From positions 651,990 through 715,989 of the forward strand of contig RDEW01000025.1 of the NCBI GenBank assembly GCA_011109175.1: a stretch of DNA of 64,000 bases. Reading direction: 5' to 3'. Below, piece after piece: positions 26,729 through 38,800 of this stretch (position 1 is its first letter; each line of letters opens with the position of its first letter). The notes under the pieces are model-generated. The model worked only from the letters and a program-made list of their open reading frames with translations, was not told the origin of the DNA and did not search any database. A program made the position numbers and the translations under genes. Source of the stretch: Dicyema japonicum. Its lineage: Eukaryota; Animalia; Dicyemida.

Positions 26729-29700
26729 ATGGCGTCTCCAGAGTTAGTGTATGGAATGCCTTTAAAAATGATAAAGAAAGTACAGTTTGGAGTTATAGGA
26801 TCCAACGAGGCTGTATAATACTATCAAATAATTATTTTAGAAACGTATGAGTGTTACTCCGGAAGGAATTCAATACCCAGAGACTATGGAGTGTGGACGA
26901 CCGAAAATTGGGGGTCTGATGGATCCACGTCAGGGTGTTGTTGACAAAATGTCCCGATGCCAGACATGCGAAGGAACCATGAATGAATGTCCTGGTCATT
27001 TTGGCCACATTAATCTTGCTCGTCCAGTATTCCACGTGGGATTTCTGAGCAAAGTGTTAAAAATTCTCCGTTGTGTGTGTTTTTTCTGCTCCAAAGTGCT
27101 CATCGATACAGTCACTGCCCATTTTATTTCTAGGACAGTCCAATAGTTCAAGAAATTCAGGCAAAAACACGTGGGAACTCAAAGAAACGGATGTTTATGA
27201 TGTACGATCTTTGCAAGAGCAAACACATTTGCTCAGGAGGCGAAGAAGTCGACAAGGATGACGACGAATTGGGAGAGTCTGCAGTTAATAACTAATAAAA
27301 TAATTTGTAGGGTCGGTCTGGCTGTGGGCGACACCAACCAGTTTACCGTAAAAGCCTACTTGAATTATCCGCTGAGTGGAAAAACGAGGTCGGAGAATTG
27401 CAAGAAAAGAAAATAGAACTGTCCGCAGAGAGAGTTTTGGAGATCTTTAAGCGGATTACTGACCAGGACGCCACCATGCTTGGTTTCAACGTGAAAGACT
27501 CCCGTCCAGACTATTTGATCCTTTCCGTGTTACTAGTTCCACCTTTGACAGTGAGACCGGCCGTAGTGATGAGTGGAAGCGCCAGAAGCCAAGTAAGATA
27601 CTCATTTTATAGCAGGATGACCTCACCCACAAGCTGGCTGACATTGTTAAGGCTAATAATCAGCTAAAAAGGAATGAGCAGACCGGTGCTGCCACTCACA
27701 TTATAAATGAGGACACTAAGATGCTGCAGTACCACGTGGCTACCATGTTTGACAATGAAATAAGTGGATTACCACTTGTATTGACTAATTGGGAGTTTTT
27801 AGGCAGTACAAAAGTCTGGGAGACCTCTGAAATCAATTAGACAGCGTCTGAAGGGGAAGACTGGCCGTGTTAGGGGAAATTTAATGGGAAAACGTGTCGA
27901 TTTTTCCGCCAGAACTGTCATTACACCAGATCCTAACCTTGATTTGGATCAGGTAGGAGTCCCCCGTTCAATAGCTCAAGTTTTGACGTTTCCTGAACTG
28001 GTAACCCCCTACAACATCAATTGGTATATTCTACTTTTATTTCAGGCTGAGTGGACTTGTACGTAGAGGAGCAAGCCAGTACCCAGGTGCCAAATACTTG
28101 GTGAAAGAAAACGGAGACCGAATCGACCTGCAAATACATCCATCAACCTCCAATCTTCATCTGGAATATGGGGACAAGGTTGAGAGACATTTGGTGGATG
28201 ATGATTACATAATTTTCAATCGCCAGCCTACTCTTCACAAGATGTCGATGATGTGTCACCGTGTTAAGGTCCTTCCATGGTCTACCTTCAGGCTCAATTT
28301 GAGGTTGTGCTTTATTTTATATGATAGTGTAACAAAACCCTACAATGCTGACTTTGATGGAGATGAAATGAACATGCATGTGCCTCAGACTTACGAGACA
28401 CGTGCTGAGGCTACTCAATTGTCATCTATTCCGAGAATGATTATAACCCCTCAGGCAAACAGACCTGTTATGGGAATATTCCAGGATTCCCTCACATCCG
28501 TCCGTAAAATGTCCCGAAGAGATACCTTTATTGAGTATGATGATGTCATGAATCTGCTTTTGTTTTTACCAAATTGGGACGGAGTCATTCCCGTTCCTGC
28601 TATTCTCAAACCATATCCTTTGTGGACTGGGAAACAGCTCATTTCGTATGCTATTCCGCCAAGGATTAACTGTGTGAGGAATCACAGCACTCACCCTGAC
28701 GCTGAGGACGATACTGAGTTCAAATGGATATCTCCCGGTGATACGAAAGTATTAGTAGACGACGGAGAATTGATTTCTGGGATATTATGTGTTAAGTCAC
28801 TCGGAGCACTTCCCGGTTCTATTCCCCACGTGGTTTTTATGGAACACGGACACGCAATAACAGCTGACTTTTTCACGAATATTCAACTATTGGTCAACAA
28901 TTGGCTCCTCATCGAGGGACTATCTATTGGGATCGCGGACACTATTGCTGACGCTCAAACATATCAGGAGATTCAGCAGACTATCAAAAAGGCTAAGGTA
29001 CTCTTATGATGAAATTTTCCAGCATGAGGTTATCGGGGTGATTGAAAAGACTCATAACGGAGAACTCAGACCAATGCCTGGGAACACTCTCAGACAGACA
29101 TTTGAGAATATGGTTTATTACTAGTTTATTTGCAGGTCAACGCAATTCTTAACAAAGCACGTGATGATACTGGAACTTGTGCTCAAAAGTCTTTGTCTGA
29201 ATTTAACAACTTCAAAGCAATGGTGGTTGCCGGATCGAAGGGATCAAAGATAAACATATCACAGGTTACATTATTTAATATTTTAGATTATTTCATGCGT
29301 TGGACAACAAAACGTGGAAGGAATGAGAATACCGTTTGCGTTTAAGAACAGGACTTTACCGCATTTTATAAAGGACGACTATGGGCCCGAGTCTAAGGGG
29401 TTCGTTGAGAACTCTTATTTGGCTGGATTGACTCCAACCGAGTTCTTTTTTCACTCAATGGGTGGACGGGAAGGAATTATTAGCACAGCTGTAAAAACAG
29501 CAGCTACTGGTCAAAATTTGTGGGGTAACTGCTAGGATATATTCAACGACGCTTAATAAAGGCTTTGGAGGATGTGATGATACGTTATGATAACACTGTG
29601 AGGGATGCTACGAATCAAGTCATTCTGTTGAGGTATGGAGAGGATGGATTGGCTGGAGAAATGGTTGAGAGCCAGCAGATTCCCACCTTGCGAATGTCCG

Positions 29701-32700
29701 ATAAGGCCTTTGAAAAGCAGTGCCGGATGGACATTACAAACGAAGAGTTAGTAATTTTATAATTTCTAGTGAACTCCGCAATTATCTACAGGAGAATGTT
29801 GTACGTAATGTGATGAGTGATATCTCTGGATTAGAAGAGGTTGAATCAGAATGGAAACAAATGTGTGAGGATAGATCTGCCATTAGAGAGATATTCCCAA
29901 CTGGGGATAAACAGGTAGTAATTTCACGTCTATGGAGATTTACCTGCCATGTAATATTCAAAGACTCATAAGGAATGCACAGAAAAAATTCCACGTTGAT
30001 GTACGCAGGGAAACTGACTTAAACCCAATCGACGTCATTAGAGGTCATTCATTTAGTCTGAGTTATAGGGGTTAGAAAACTAACTGATAATTTGGTCGTT
30101 GTGAAGGGAGACGATGAAATGAGCAAAATGGCTAACAACAATGCGACTCTTCTTATGAAATGTCTTTGCAGATCTATGCTGTGTTCCTCTCGGCTTATTC
30201 ACGAGGATTCAAGACTTTCTAAACTTGCCTTTAATTGGGTGATCGAAGAGATTGAGAAACAGTTTCAACTGGCCCAGGTTCATCCCAGTGAAATGGTCGG
30301 TCCTTTGGCTGCGCAATCCCTTGGTGAGCCGGCTACTCAAATGACACTAAACACATTCCATTACGCGGGAATTTCAGCTAAAAACGTGACCCTGGGAGTA
30401 CCTCGGTTACGAGAAATCATAAACGTGGCCAAAAACCCAAAAACTCCGTCTCTCCTAGTGTTCCTTCATCCACACGCAGCAGCTGACGATGAAAGAGCCA
30501 AAGACGTTCATTGCAGACTGGAGCATACGATATTGAGGAACGTAACAGCCAACACTGCGATCTATTATGACCCTAATCCAGCAGACACTGTGATTACAGA
30601 AGATCAGGACTGGATAAGCGTGTATTGGGAGATGCCTGATGTTGAAATGGATTCATTGTCTCCATGGCTTCTAAGAATCGAGCTCGACCGTAAGAAGATG
30701 GTGGACAAGAAGTTAACCTTGGAATACATTAATGAGAGAATATATAATGGTGATAGCTACTGTTTTACTGTAGAGTACGGTAATGAACTGGCTGTGTTTT
30801 TCAATGACGATAATGCTGAGAAACTGGTAATGCACATAAGAGTGAAGAACACGGGAGAAGTAAAGCTTGAAGATGTAAGGAAATATATGAATATTAAAGG
30901 ATGAGGAATTAATACATAAAATGGATGACGGAGTTTTCCTCCGTTGTATTGAGAGTGATTTACTGTCAAATATGACTCTTCAGGGAATTGATGGGATCTC
31001 AAAGGTTTACAGTGATCATTAGTATAGGTATATATGCACTGGCCGAAGGTCAATAACAAGAAGAGACCGATAATAACCGAAGAAGGAGAGTACAGATTTA
31101 TACAGGAGTGGATGCTAGAAACTGACGGATCTAACCTGATCCCCGTTTTAAGTGACCCAGATGTGGACGCCAGGCGAACTTATTCCAATGACATAGTTGA
31201 AACCTTCAAGGTTGAGTGTCCTTTGTAATTTTCAGGTCCTCGGTATAGAGGCTGCCCGTAGAACTATCGAACAGGAGATGAACCATGTTATTTCATTTGA
31301 TGGGAGTTACGTAAACAGTCGCCATTTGGGACTACTTTGTGAAGTGATGACTTCACGTGGATATTTAATGGCCATAACCCGTCATGGGATTAACCGACAG
31401 GAAACTGGAGCACTCACTAGGTGTTCGTTCGAGGAGACTGTTGAGATACTGTTTGATGCTGCGATCTACGCGGACACTGATAATATGAAAGGCGTCTCTG
31501 AGAACATAATTCTTGGGCAGTTACCCAGAATAGGGACTGGTTCATTTGACTTGATTTTGGACGTGAATAGATGCAAGGGAGTCGCTAAATATGGACTATG
31601 TCGGTTGGAAATATGATTAATTGATAGATATTGATTCTGTGAGAGAGGGGGAGGCTACTCCTTGGAATATTATGACTCCCACGGCAGATGGGTCTATTTC
31701 ATCCTACGGAAGACTGACTTCGAGAACCCCTGGAGGACCTTCTGGATTTTCTCCTTCTATGAACAGTGAGTATGGAATGTCCCCAATGAGTGCATTGTCA
31801 GCTCCATCCCCCGCACATTCAATAGATGGAGCTCTCCCAAATGCTAGTCCCTTCTCATTGAGTCACAGACTTGCAGCAACTCCAAGATTGGACACATCAT
31901 ACAACACATTTGATATTTATGGATCTCCGTTGATCTATTCTCCAGAGGGACAAACATCATTGTATAAACTCAATGAATATTCCCCCTATTCCTCAGATTC
32001 TAAGAACATAGATTATGAACCCAGTTCTCCAATGTACTCTGATTCAAGTCCAATGGGGATCACTAAGTCTGGATCACTATTCCATCAAACATCTCCGTTA
32101 TATTCAGGAGCAACTACTCCATTGTATAATCAGAGAGGATCTAATTCGCCATATTCTTCCGATAGAAATCCTCAGAGTTCATATTCACCCTCGTCTCCTG
32201 GTTATGAACCAATACGTGCTAAAGGTTTTTTCTCCATCACTTTATCTCATAGGTCCTACCTCCTTTCAGCATTCCTATTCACTATCAAGTTCTGCATTTA
32301 ATTCTTCGAATCAAAAAACTCTTTCCTACTCTCCTACTTCTCCTTCATATTCCCCCACTAGTCCCTCGTATTCTCCTACTAGTCCTTCCTATTCTCCAAC
32401 TTCTCCTTCTATTCTCCAACTTCTCCTTCTTATTCTCCAACTTCCCTTCTATTCTCCTACTTCCCCTTCTATTCTCCTACTTCCCCTTCATATTCTCCTA
32501 CTAGTCCTTCCTATTCTCCTACTAGTCCTTCCTATTCTCCAACTCTCCTTCTTATTCTCCAACTTCTCCTTCTTATTCTCCTACTTCCCCTTCATATTCT
32601 CCTACTTCTCCTTCATATTCACCAACAAGTCCAGCGTATTCACCTACACTTCAGTCAATTAGTCGTATAAGTTCATCAAGGATGGCTTCTACCCTTTTCC

Positions 32701-32806
32701 CAACAGTATTTATGTTTGTTATTTCTAGTCTTCTTTGAATGTACAGCAAGGACTTAAAGAAGAGGATGAGGAGGGTAAGGAGGATGACTATTTTCGAAAA
32801 TTATAA
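26729..32806 (+). CDS. POLR2A: RNA polymerase II largest subunit RPB1 (20 micro-introns placed)
   Basis: [79 protein letters not shown]; YSPTSPS CTD; last exon ..[18 protein letters not shown] after a 23-nt intron. Confidence 0.99.
32327..32660 (+). repeat. RPB1 CTD heptad array, about 15 YSPTSPS(A) + 1 degenerate
   Basis: 21-nt tandem units TAY-TCN-CCN-ACN-(TCN/AGT)-CCN-TCN; several units lack one base. Confidence 0.95.
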
Positions 32807-33544
32807 AATCCCCCGATGACAATAAAAAATGATTTTTATCCTTTCTATCCAATATCTTGTTTAATTATAAATTTTCTTACTAGTATTTTATTGTACACAG
32901 GACAGTCGGTCCTCATTGATACACCTTATTAAAGAAACACTTCATAAAGCTTCATCTCATGATTTTTAAGACGCTACAATAACAGGGACCTCAAAACCTA
33001 AACTCCCACACGAACTCTTGGCTGGCCACTCACCTTGTTGAAATAAGCTTTAAGTGTTTAGTAAGATATTTGTTGAGGAGGATTACTTCAAGCTCTCTAA
33101 TGCTTGGTAATCGATTAATGTGATATCTGTTGTTGACTAGAAGGTTCAGATTTTTCACTGAATCAAGTCTAAATTGTACAATTGGATATCGAGGATATTT
33201 TTAAGTTTTTTAGTGTAGAATCTTGGGGTACGAAGATGTCGACGTACCTGAAAGCAGCCAAACATCTCAGACTTTAAAAAAGCGGAATAATAGATAATTT
33301 AAGCTATCCACCTTTCGATGCTATTCGCAATAGCTCTGATGACTGAGTGAACTTATGTTTTTGTGATGAATAGTTCAGTGTTCGCTGGTGGAATAGATGA
33401 AAATTTTTAAATTAGATAGAATATATTACTTCTTGAGTATTAGCACTAAATTGAACGAATATTTAAAATTACCATCTAAGTTATCATTAATTTATTGATT
33501 TTTAAATAAAAATTAATTCATTTTATAGAATTGTCAAATTTCCC

Positions 33545-33760
33545 AGACACATGGCTTGAACGAAGTCTTTAGGCGAGCTTTGGACGCCTCTGGACACCCC
33601 TCCATGATCGAATCAGTATATCTTTGCAGATGTGACGAGAACGACCAGATGGGATGACCATCTTCCCTTTTGAAGCCGGAAAGTCTCTTGTCTTGGACGT
33701 CACCTGCACCGACACGTTTACCTTTTGCAACCTACTCCAGAGTGCCTCTGGAGCAAAATA
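33545..33760 (+). mobile_element. CRE-like RLE remnant
   Basis: Near-identical to the [32 protein letters not shown] segment of the 57280-58230 copy. Confidence 0.85.
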
Positions 33761-34309
33761 GTTTGCTTGGTGGTAGTTGTGGGATGAGCGCCAAACTATC
33801 ATTCCCGTTTTATTTTATCGTTGTGTGACATTGAATCTAATTCTATACCAAAATTAACAAATCAAAAGTTAACGCCCAAAAAAGCCTTCAATGTATGAGA
33901 CTATGTTCAAAATACCACAGAAGTTACCAGTATCCCACGACCCCCAATTAAACAAATTTGCTAATTTTAAAAACTCGAATACAGGAAATTCTAATCATAC
34001 AGTAATCGTTATTATTGTGGACACTATTTAGTTTAAATTCATCAAAATTGCAAAGATGTGAAAAAAGTGGATTGGAACGTGAGAATATATGTGTACAGTC
34101 CAGAGGGAATCCGATTCGAAATCTTGTTAGAAGTACGGGACGGTTTTAAGTGATCAAATCATGGGACTCCTTCAGATGATTGATAATTTATTTTTTTAGA
34201 ATCTCAAAGACCACTAAGAATTTGTCTAATCAAACTAATTATGTGATTTCAGTTTAGTGCATGAAACCTTTATTAAATACAAACGGACTGCTAACTTCGC
34301 AAAACAGAA

Positions 34310-34560
34310 GAAATATAATGTCTAGGCCGAGGAACGAAAGAGGAGGAAGTACCAGAGAATTTCGGAGGAATATCTTTTTGTTCCATTCGCGGTGGAAACA
34401 TCAGGAATCCTTGGCCCCCAAGCAGATGAGTTGGTTCGTAAGATCGGCTCCATGATTCAAGCTGTGACCAAGGATCCGCAAGAGACTAGTTGGTTCCGAG
34501 AACGTATCTCGTTGGCTATTGTTAGGAGAAATAGCATGGCCATTCAGATGCCTTAATTTA
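34310..34560 (+). mobile_element. CRE-like 3' end remnant
   Basis: EERKY..FVPFAVETSGILGP..WFRERISLAIVRRNSMAI. Confidence 0.75.
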
Positions 34561-34679
34561 ATTTTTATTCATTTGATAATTTAAAAAAAATGTATATGGA
34601 GATTTTTTCAGCTTTTTCCAAATCGCTTTCGAAAACTCTGAAAAAATTGGATGATGGACAAAGATTAAGAGAAAAGTTT

Positions 34680-35260
34680 TTAGCTTTCCACACATAAAAG
34701 GAGGATTATTATCTTTGCTGACAAAGTTAGCACTCCTAGAATAAGGTCACTCATTCGAGTTTCAAAACAAATTATGACTAAGATCTACCAATGTCAGAAA
34801 AAGCCTTGATATCAACAACCTTCTGGGACGTCTACAGCTGAACATTGATAAAACCTAAGCTTTCCTATCCAAGGAGATTCACCTTCACTTGGCACACATC
34901 CGCTGCAATCATCATACGACTTTAGAAGCCTATATGAACAGAATAGGATAGTCGGTTTCGTCGTTGTCCATTCTGTCTTTTAGATAATCAAAAGCCACCC
35001 CTTCTCTTTTCCTGGTCATCTTTGAACTTCTGCAGCACATTAGTTTTTCTAGTTCCCCGAGATTACTAATAGCAGTGGCTGTCAAAGACTGAATGTCACT
35101 GGTTTTAAAATAGATTTTATTATCCCTAGCTTTCTTGAGCAACTTCCAGAGATGCCGTCGGCATCAGATGAAAAGGACATGTGTGTGTCTAAGGTGATCC
35201 TCAAGATTTTCAGTTTCTTTGTGAGAGGAATTTTTGTCAAGTTGATAAATATATCCACTG
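34680..35260 (-). mobile_element. LINE RT C-terminal remnant
   Basis: KILRITLDTHMSF..SRKLGIIKS (ILGVTLD-type motif). Confidence 0.55.
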
Positions 35261-35437
35261 TCATTTGTCCAAGTCGTTTGTCTGAGCTAAATAAGGACGA
35301 AGATGATTTTTCAGTAGATATATCAAGCCGGTTATAATTTAGCCATTCTTAATTAATATTTGATTTTATACATTTTCCAATAAATAAAAAATTTGAATAA
35401 TACCAAAATTAAAAAGGAAATAAATACAATCTCGAAT

Positions 35438-37417
35438 TTAATGATTAATCATCATATACCCACAGGTAACACAACTTTTATCAGAGTTGTTTGCTTTCAT
35501 TGACTTTTCTCAGCCAAAATATGACCACCTTCATCATTTAACGGTAAAGTCGGTAATACTGACTCTGTTCCGTCATTTGACAAAACTTGACCATTATTTG
35601 GAATTGATCGTTCTTCCCCACAATACTATGAGTTAAAATACAAAATCAATACAGGACAGTGAGTGGGCTTACTATAATCGTCACTACAACCAATAAAGGA
35701 GCATAGCTTTACCCACTGTTCTTCCACACTGGGGGAATCCAGGAAGAATGCGATTGGAGATTTGTTCTTCTTCTTCAACTCATTTTGCTGGAATGGTTCA
35801 TGGTGGATCTCAAAGTAGACATTAGAATATCCCAGGGATCTTAGCCGTCTTCCCAAAAGTTCGAACTTGGGAGGAACAATTATTGGAATAGATTTATCAA
35901 TCTTATACGGTTTATCGCCTGAATGACAGGTTGACTCAGTCAACTCAATACAATCCTGTAGATTCTCCAATACTGAGGCGTCAATGGAATTATAAATTAC
36001 GGAGAGCAGTTGAATTCTCTGGTAAATATCAATACAAACGTAGGCGTCGTTAGCTATTATATTTGAACGTGTAATACCCGCATAGGCCAGTTGTTCCTCA
36101 GAGAGTGGACGAGCTGTCCAATCTGACATTCTCTGTGCTTTGTTTAATCCCCGATTTAAGACTTGGTGAGTAAGTGATGATAATCCCCCATAGTATTCTC
36201 CACCAATTTTGTGTTTGTCCATATCTGTGCTTTGTTTCAGTCTATTTATCATCTATTGAAGTAAAATATAAGAATGCACTTTCTGAGAGGACTTCAGGTC
36301 TGTCTTTGGAATAAGCGACAGATTCCTTCCAATGTGCTGAGACAGCATTTTCTCTTCAATCTCCAAGTCAAAGCCTACCAATAATACGACAAATACCTAT
36401 TTTATGAAGAGAACCATTAACCGCCACACATCTGACAAACTCCCCCCATACATCATCCCCAATATTAGTGCAGTCAACCAGGTATATTGTCTTTGCAGTA
36501 GCAAGTTGTAACAGCTCAATTCTACGTTAAAGTTCAAGTAACCTTGAGCTGCCAGGAGAATATTCACAATCAATGGCAATCAATATTGAATGCTTAGAAC
36601 TCTCAGAGATAGAACGAATGGCGTCAATAAAGCTTTGATCAGAATCAATATAAACTACACTATCTGCCCTGTGAGTATACGCTACTCTATCAAATATCCT
36701 ATTTAAAGATAGTGATCGTACGTGAGGGATTTGATGAGGGCTTCCAGTTGGTGGATGGTCAATGGGGAATAGGATTTACTATCATCCATTAATTCTTCAA
36801 AGTTGGGAATCGATTCAACGGGAAGATGAAGGAAACCGGCTATTTTGCTGAGCAGTAGAGCCCTCATTGGTAGATTGACTGAGTATAGCAAGGAATACGC
36901 TTCCTTTGTAATCTCATACTCTTGCCGACGCTTGGTCTCATTCTTTGGTATAAAAGTAAGCGAACGTGAGTAATCAAATGAGGCATCATGGTCTTCCAAA
37001 TAACACGAACGGACACATTGGGAATAATGTCTAATTGGTGAGTCACATATTACCGCAGTTTAAACGGTATTCCTTGCACTTTGTGAACAAAAAAGCAGCC
37101 AAATTATCGAGATTTAAATAAAATTTGATATTTTTATTATTTCTTTTAATCTGCCTATCATAATAATACCATTAAACCAAGACTGTGTGTAGTAGTAATC
37201 AAAATATTCCACAAACTTGGCCTTTTCTTTGTAGAGGGAGATCAAATCACTGAGTTTGTCATATTTCTCGGACTGCATGTATTTACTGATTAGTTTTAAA
37301 GGGACGGTCTAATAGTCATATTAAACCAACAAAATTTGAATTTCGTCCATGTAAACGTAAAAGTAGTCGATTAGTCAAATTGTTTACAGCACGAAACAAA
37401 AGAGAGCGTGAGTTCAT
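35438..37417 (-). CDS. EXD3: EXD3/MUT-7/Nibbler-like DEDDy 3'-5' exonuclease with Mut7-C domain
   Basis: IAIDCEYSPGSS|RIELLQLAT (ExoI); GLSSLTHQVLNRGLNKAQRMSDWTARPLSEEQLAYA|ANDAY (ExoIII); LLGRRLRSLGY plus CP|YC..CVTC (Mut7-C); 21-27-nt introns. Confidence 0.8.
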
Positions 37418-37562
37418 CAGTTTGATTAATTTTTAAAATTTAAAAATATATTGTTGTGATTAAAAAATTAATTAAAGTGAAAATATTGATAAATATTATT
37501 TACCGTTAACCATTAATAACACATAATTTTGTTTTGTCTGTTCCTCCTCTTCCATTTCCTAC

Positions 37563-37832
37563 TAGAATGGCGTCATGTGATCAACCTGTTTCAAGTGGCG
37601 CCCAGTGACTAGCTGCCACGAAAAGGATCATTTTCTCTTCCCACTCCACTGGAGGGGCTCCCACAACTCAAGAAATGGACTTCTTTAATTTTTATGCTGG
37701 TTCCAGATGGACTATTGTGACATTGGAAGGACTCTGTTTCTTTGGCTATAAAAACTAACAACCCTAACCCTAATACACTTAATTACTTCTTGACTATTAA
37801 CTTTTTTTCGGAGTATCCGGAGTTAATAATTA
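37563..37832 (+). mobile_element. Structured-head SINE family C, copy 1
   Basis: GGCGTCATGTGATC..TGGCGCC..CGAAAA.GATCAT head shared with 52815 and 58689; ends TTCGGAGTATCCGGAGTT-AATAAT. Confidence 0.75.
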
Positions 37833-37849
37833 TTCTTGCGGAAAGACTT

Positions 37850-38800
37850 AATACTTTCTCTACGGTCTTTCTAACCGTTTAAGTATGGACCCCCACTTTG
37901 CATTCGCCTTTGACTCCCACACCCAGCTGTAATAGACATAAGTCGCCCGAAATACTCGTTGACCGATCGGCAAGTATTCTTTCCAGAAAGCCAATGGAGA
38001 ACATTTCCGACTGCAAAAAGACAAATTCCACCATTTTTCTTTTAGTGCAGTTTAGTTTTCAGAAAATATAAGTTTACGACCAATATTCTCAGAAATTATT
38101 GCATTCACAAGATCCAGAATTCTCCAGGATAGAAGTGACCAACAGATTGAAATAAAAGATCCATGCGATCTCTTGGCTTAAACTCATCAACTCATTCACT
38201 AATACCTCTTCGGAATGATCGGAGGGCATCATGAAGATAGGCAGAAGAAACGTCTTCTAGAAAAGCCTCGGGACAGAGAGGTACACAGAAATCGTCTGGC
38301 ATATAAGGATACTTTCTTTCAGAATAGAAAAACAAGGAAGCAATTCACGGGACTGAAATCTGTACACAAGTCCAAACTGCGCCACTAAGATTTCCTTTCA
38401 TCAAATTTTTTCTAACGCGTGAATAAAGCTTTTCAGACACTGAGGACGGTCGGCTAATAGATAAGGTTAGCATGCCAAGACTTTCACAGCTCTGGACGTA
38501 CCCGTACTCCCATTTTATGCATGTATACTTTTGCAGATGTTATCTAGGTTAAACATTGCTATGATTTTACAGAGTTGGAAGAGACGCTGGATTTGATCAA
38601 TGTCATCGGATGCTTGGCTAATTGGTCTTTGTTGCTTTCTGATTAATTTCTATCTTGAAAAAAAACAAGAAATCGAGTTTTCGGAGTCCTTGGTCAAACA
38701 TGATTTCCGGGTGTTTGGTGTGCTATTGGTAGAGACATTCGTATTGTTGAAGAGGATTTACGATTCGATGTAGTACTCCTTTTTTACATTTAGTAAATAT
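37850..38800 (-). mobile_element. Decayed CRE-like RT
   Basis: RGIS.VDEFKPRDRMDL, ALKEKNGGI..AVGNVL, and a QLGVG..VH-like block. Confidence 0.6.

Noticed and set aside
7880-32600. Frameshifts in Brr2, RPB1 and other essential genes (pseudogenes, programmed frameshifting or RNA editing?)
   Set aside because: They are single-base gains or losses, largely in homopolymers or repeats (GAAAAAACTC at about 7882, GGTTTTTTCTCC at about 32224, CTD units), with no common slippery signal. This is typical of long-read assembly error.
37761-37773. ACCCTAACCCTAA as an interstitial telomere or chromosome-healing site
   Set aside because: Only two units, inside a SINE body; too short to support the claim.
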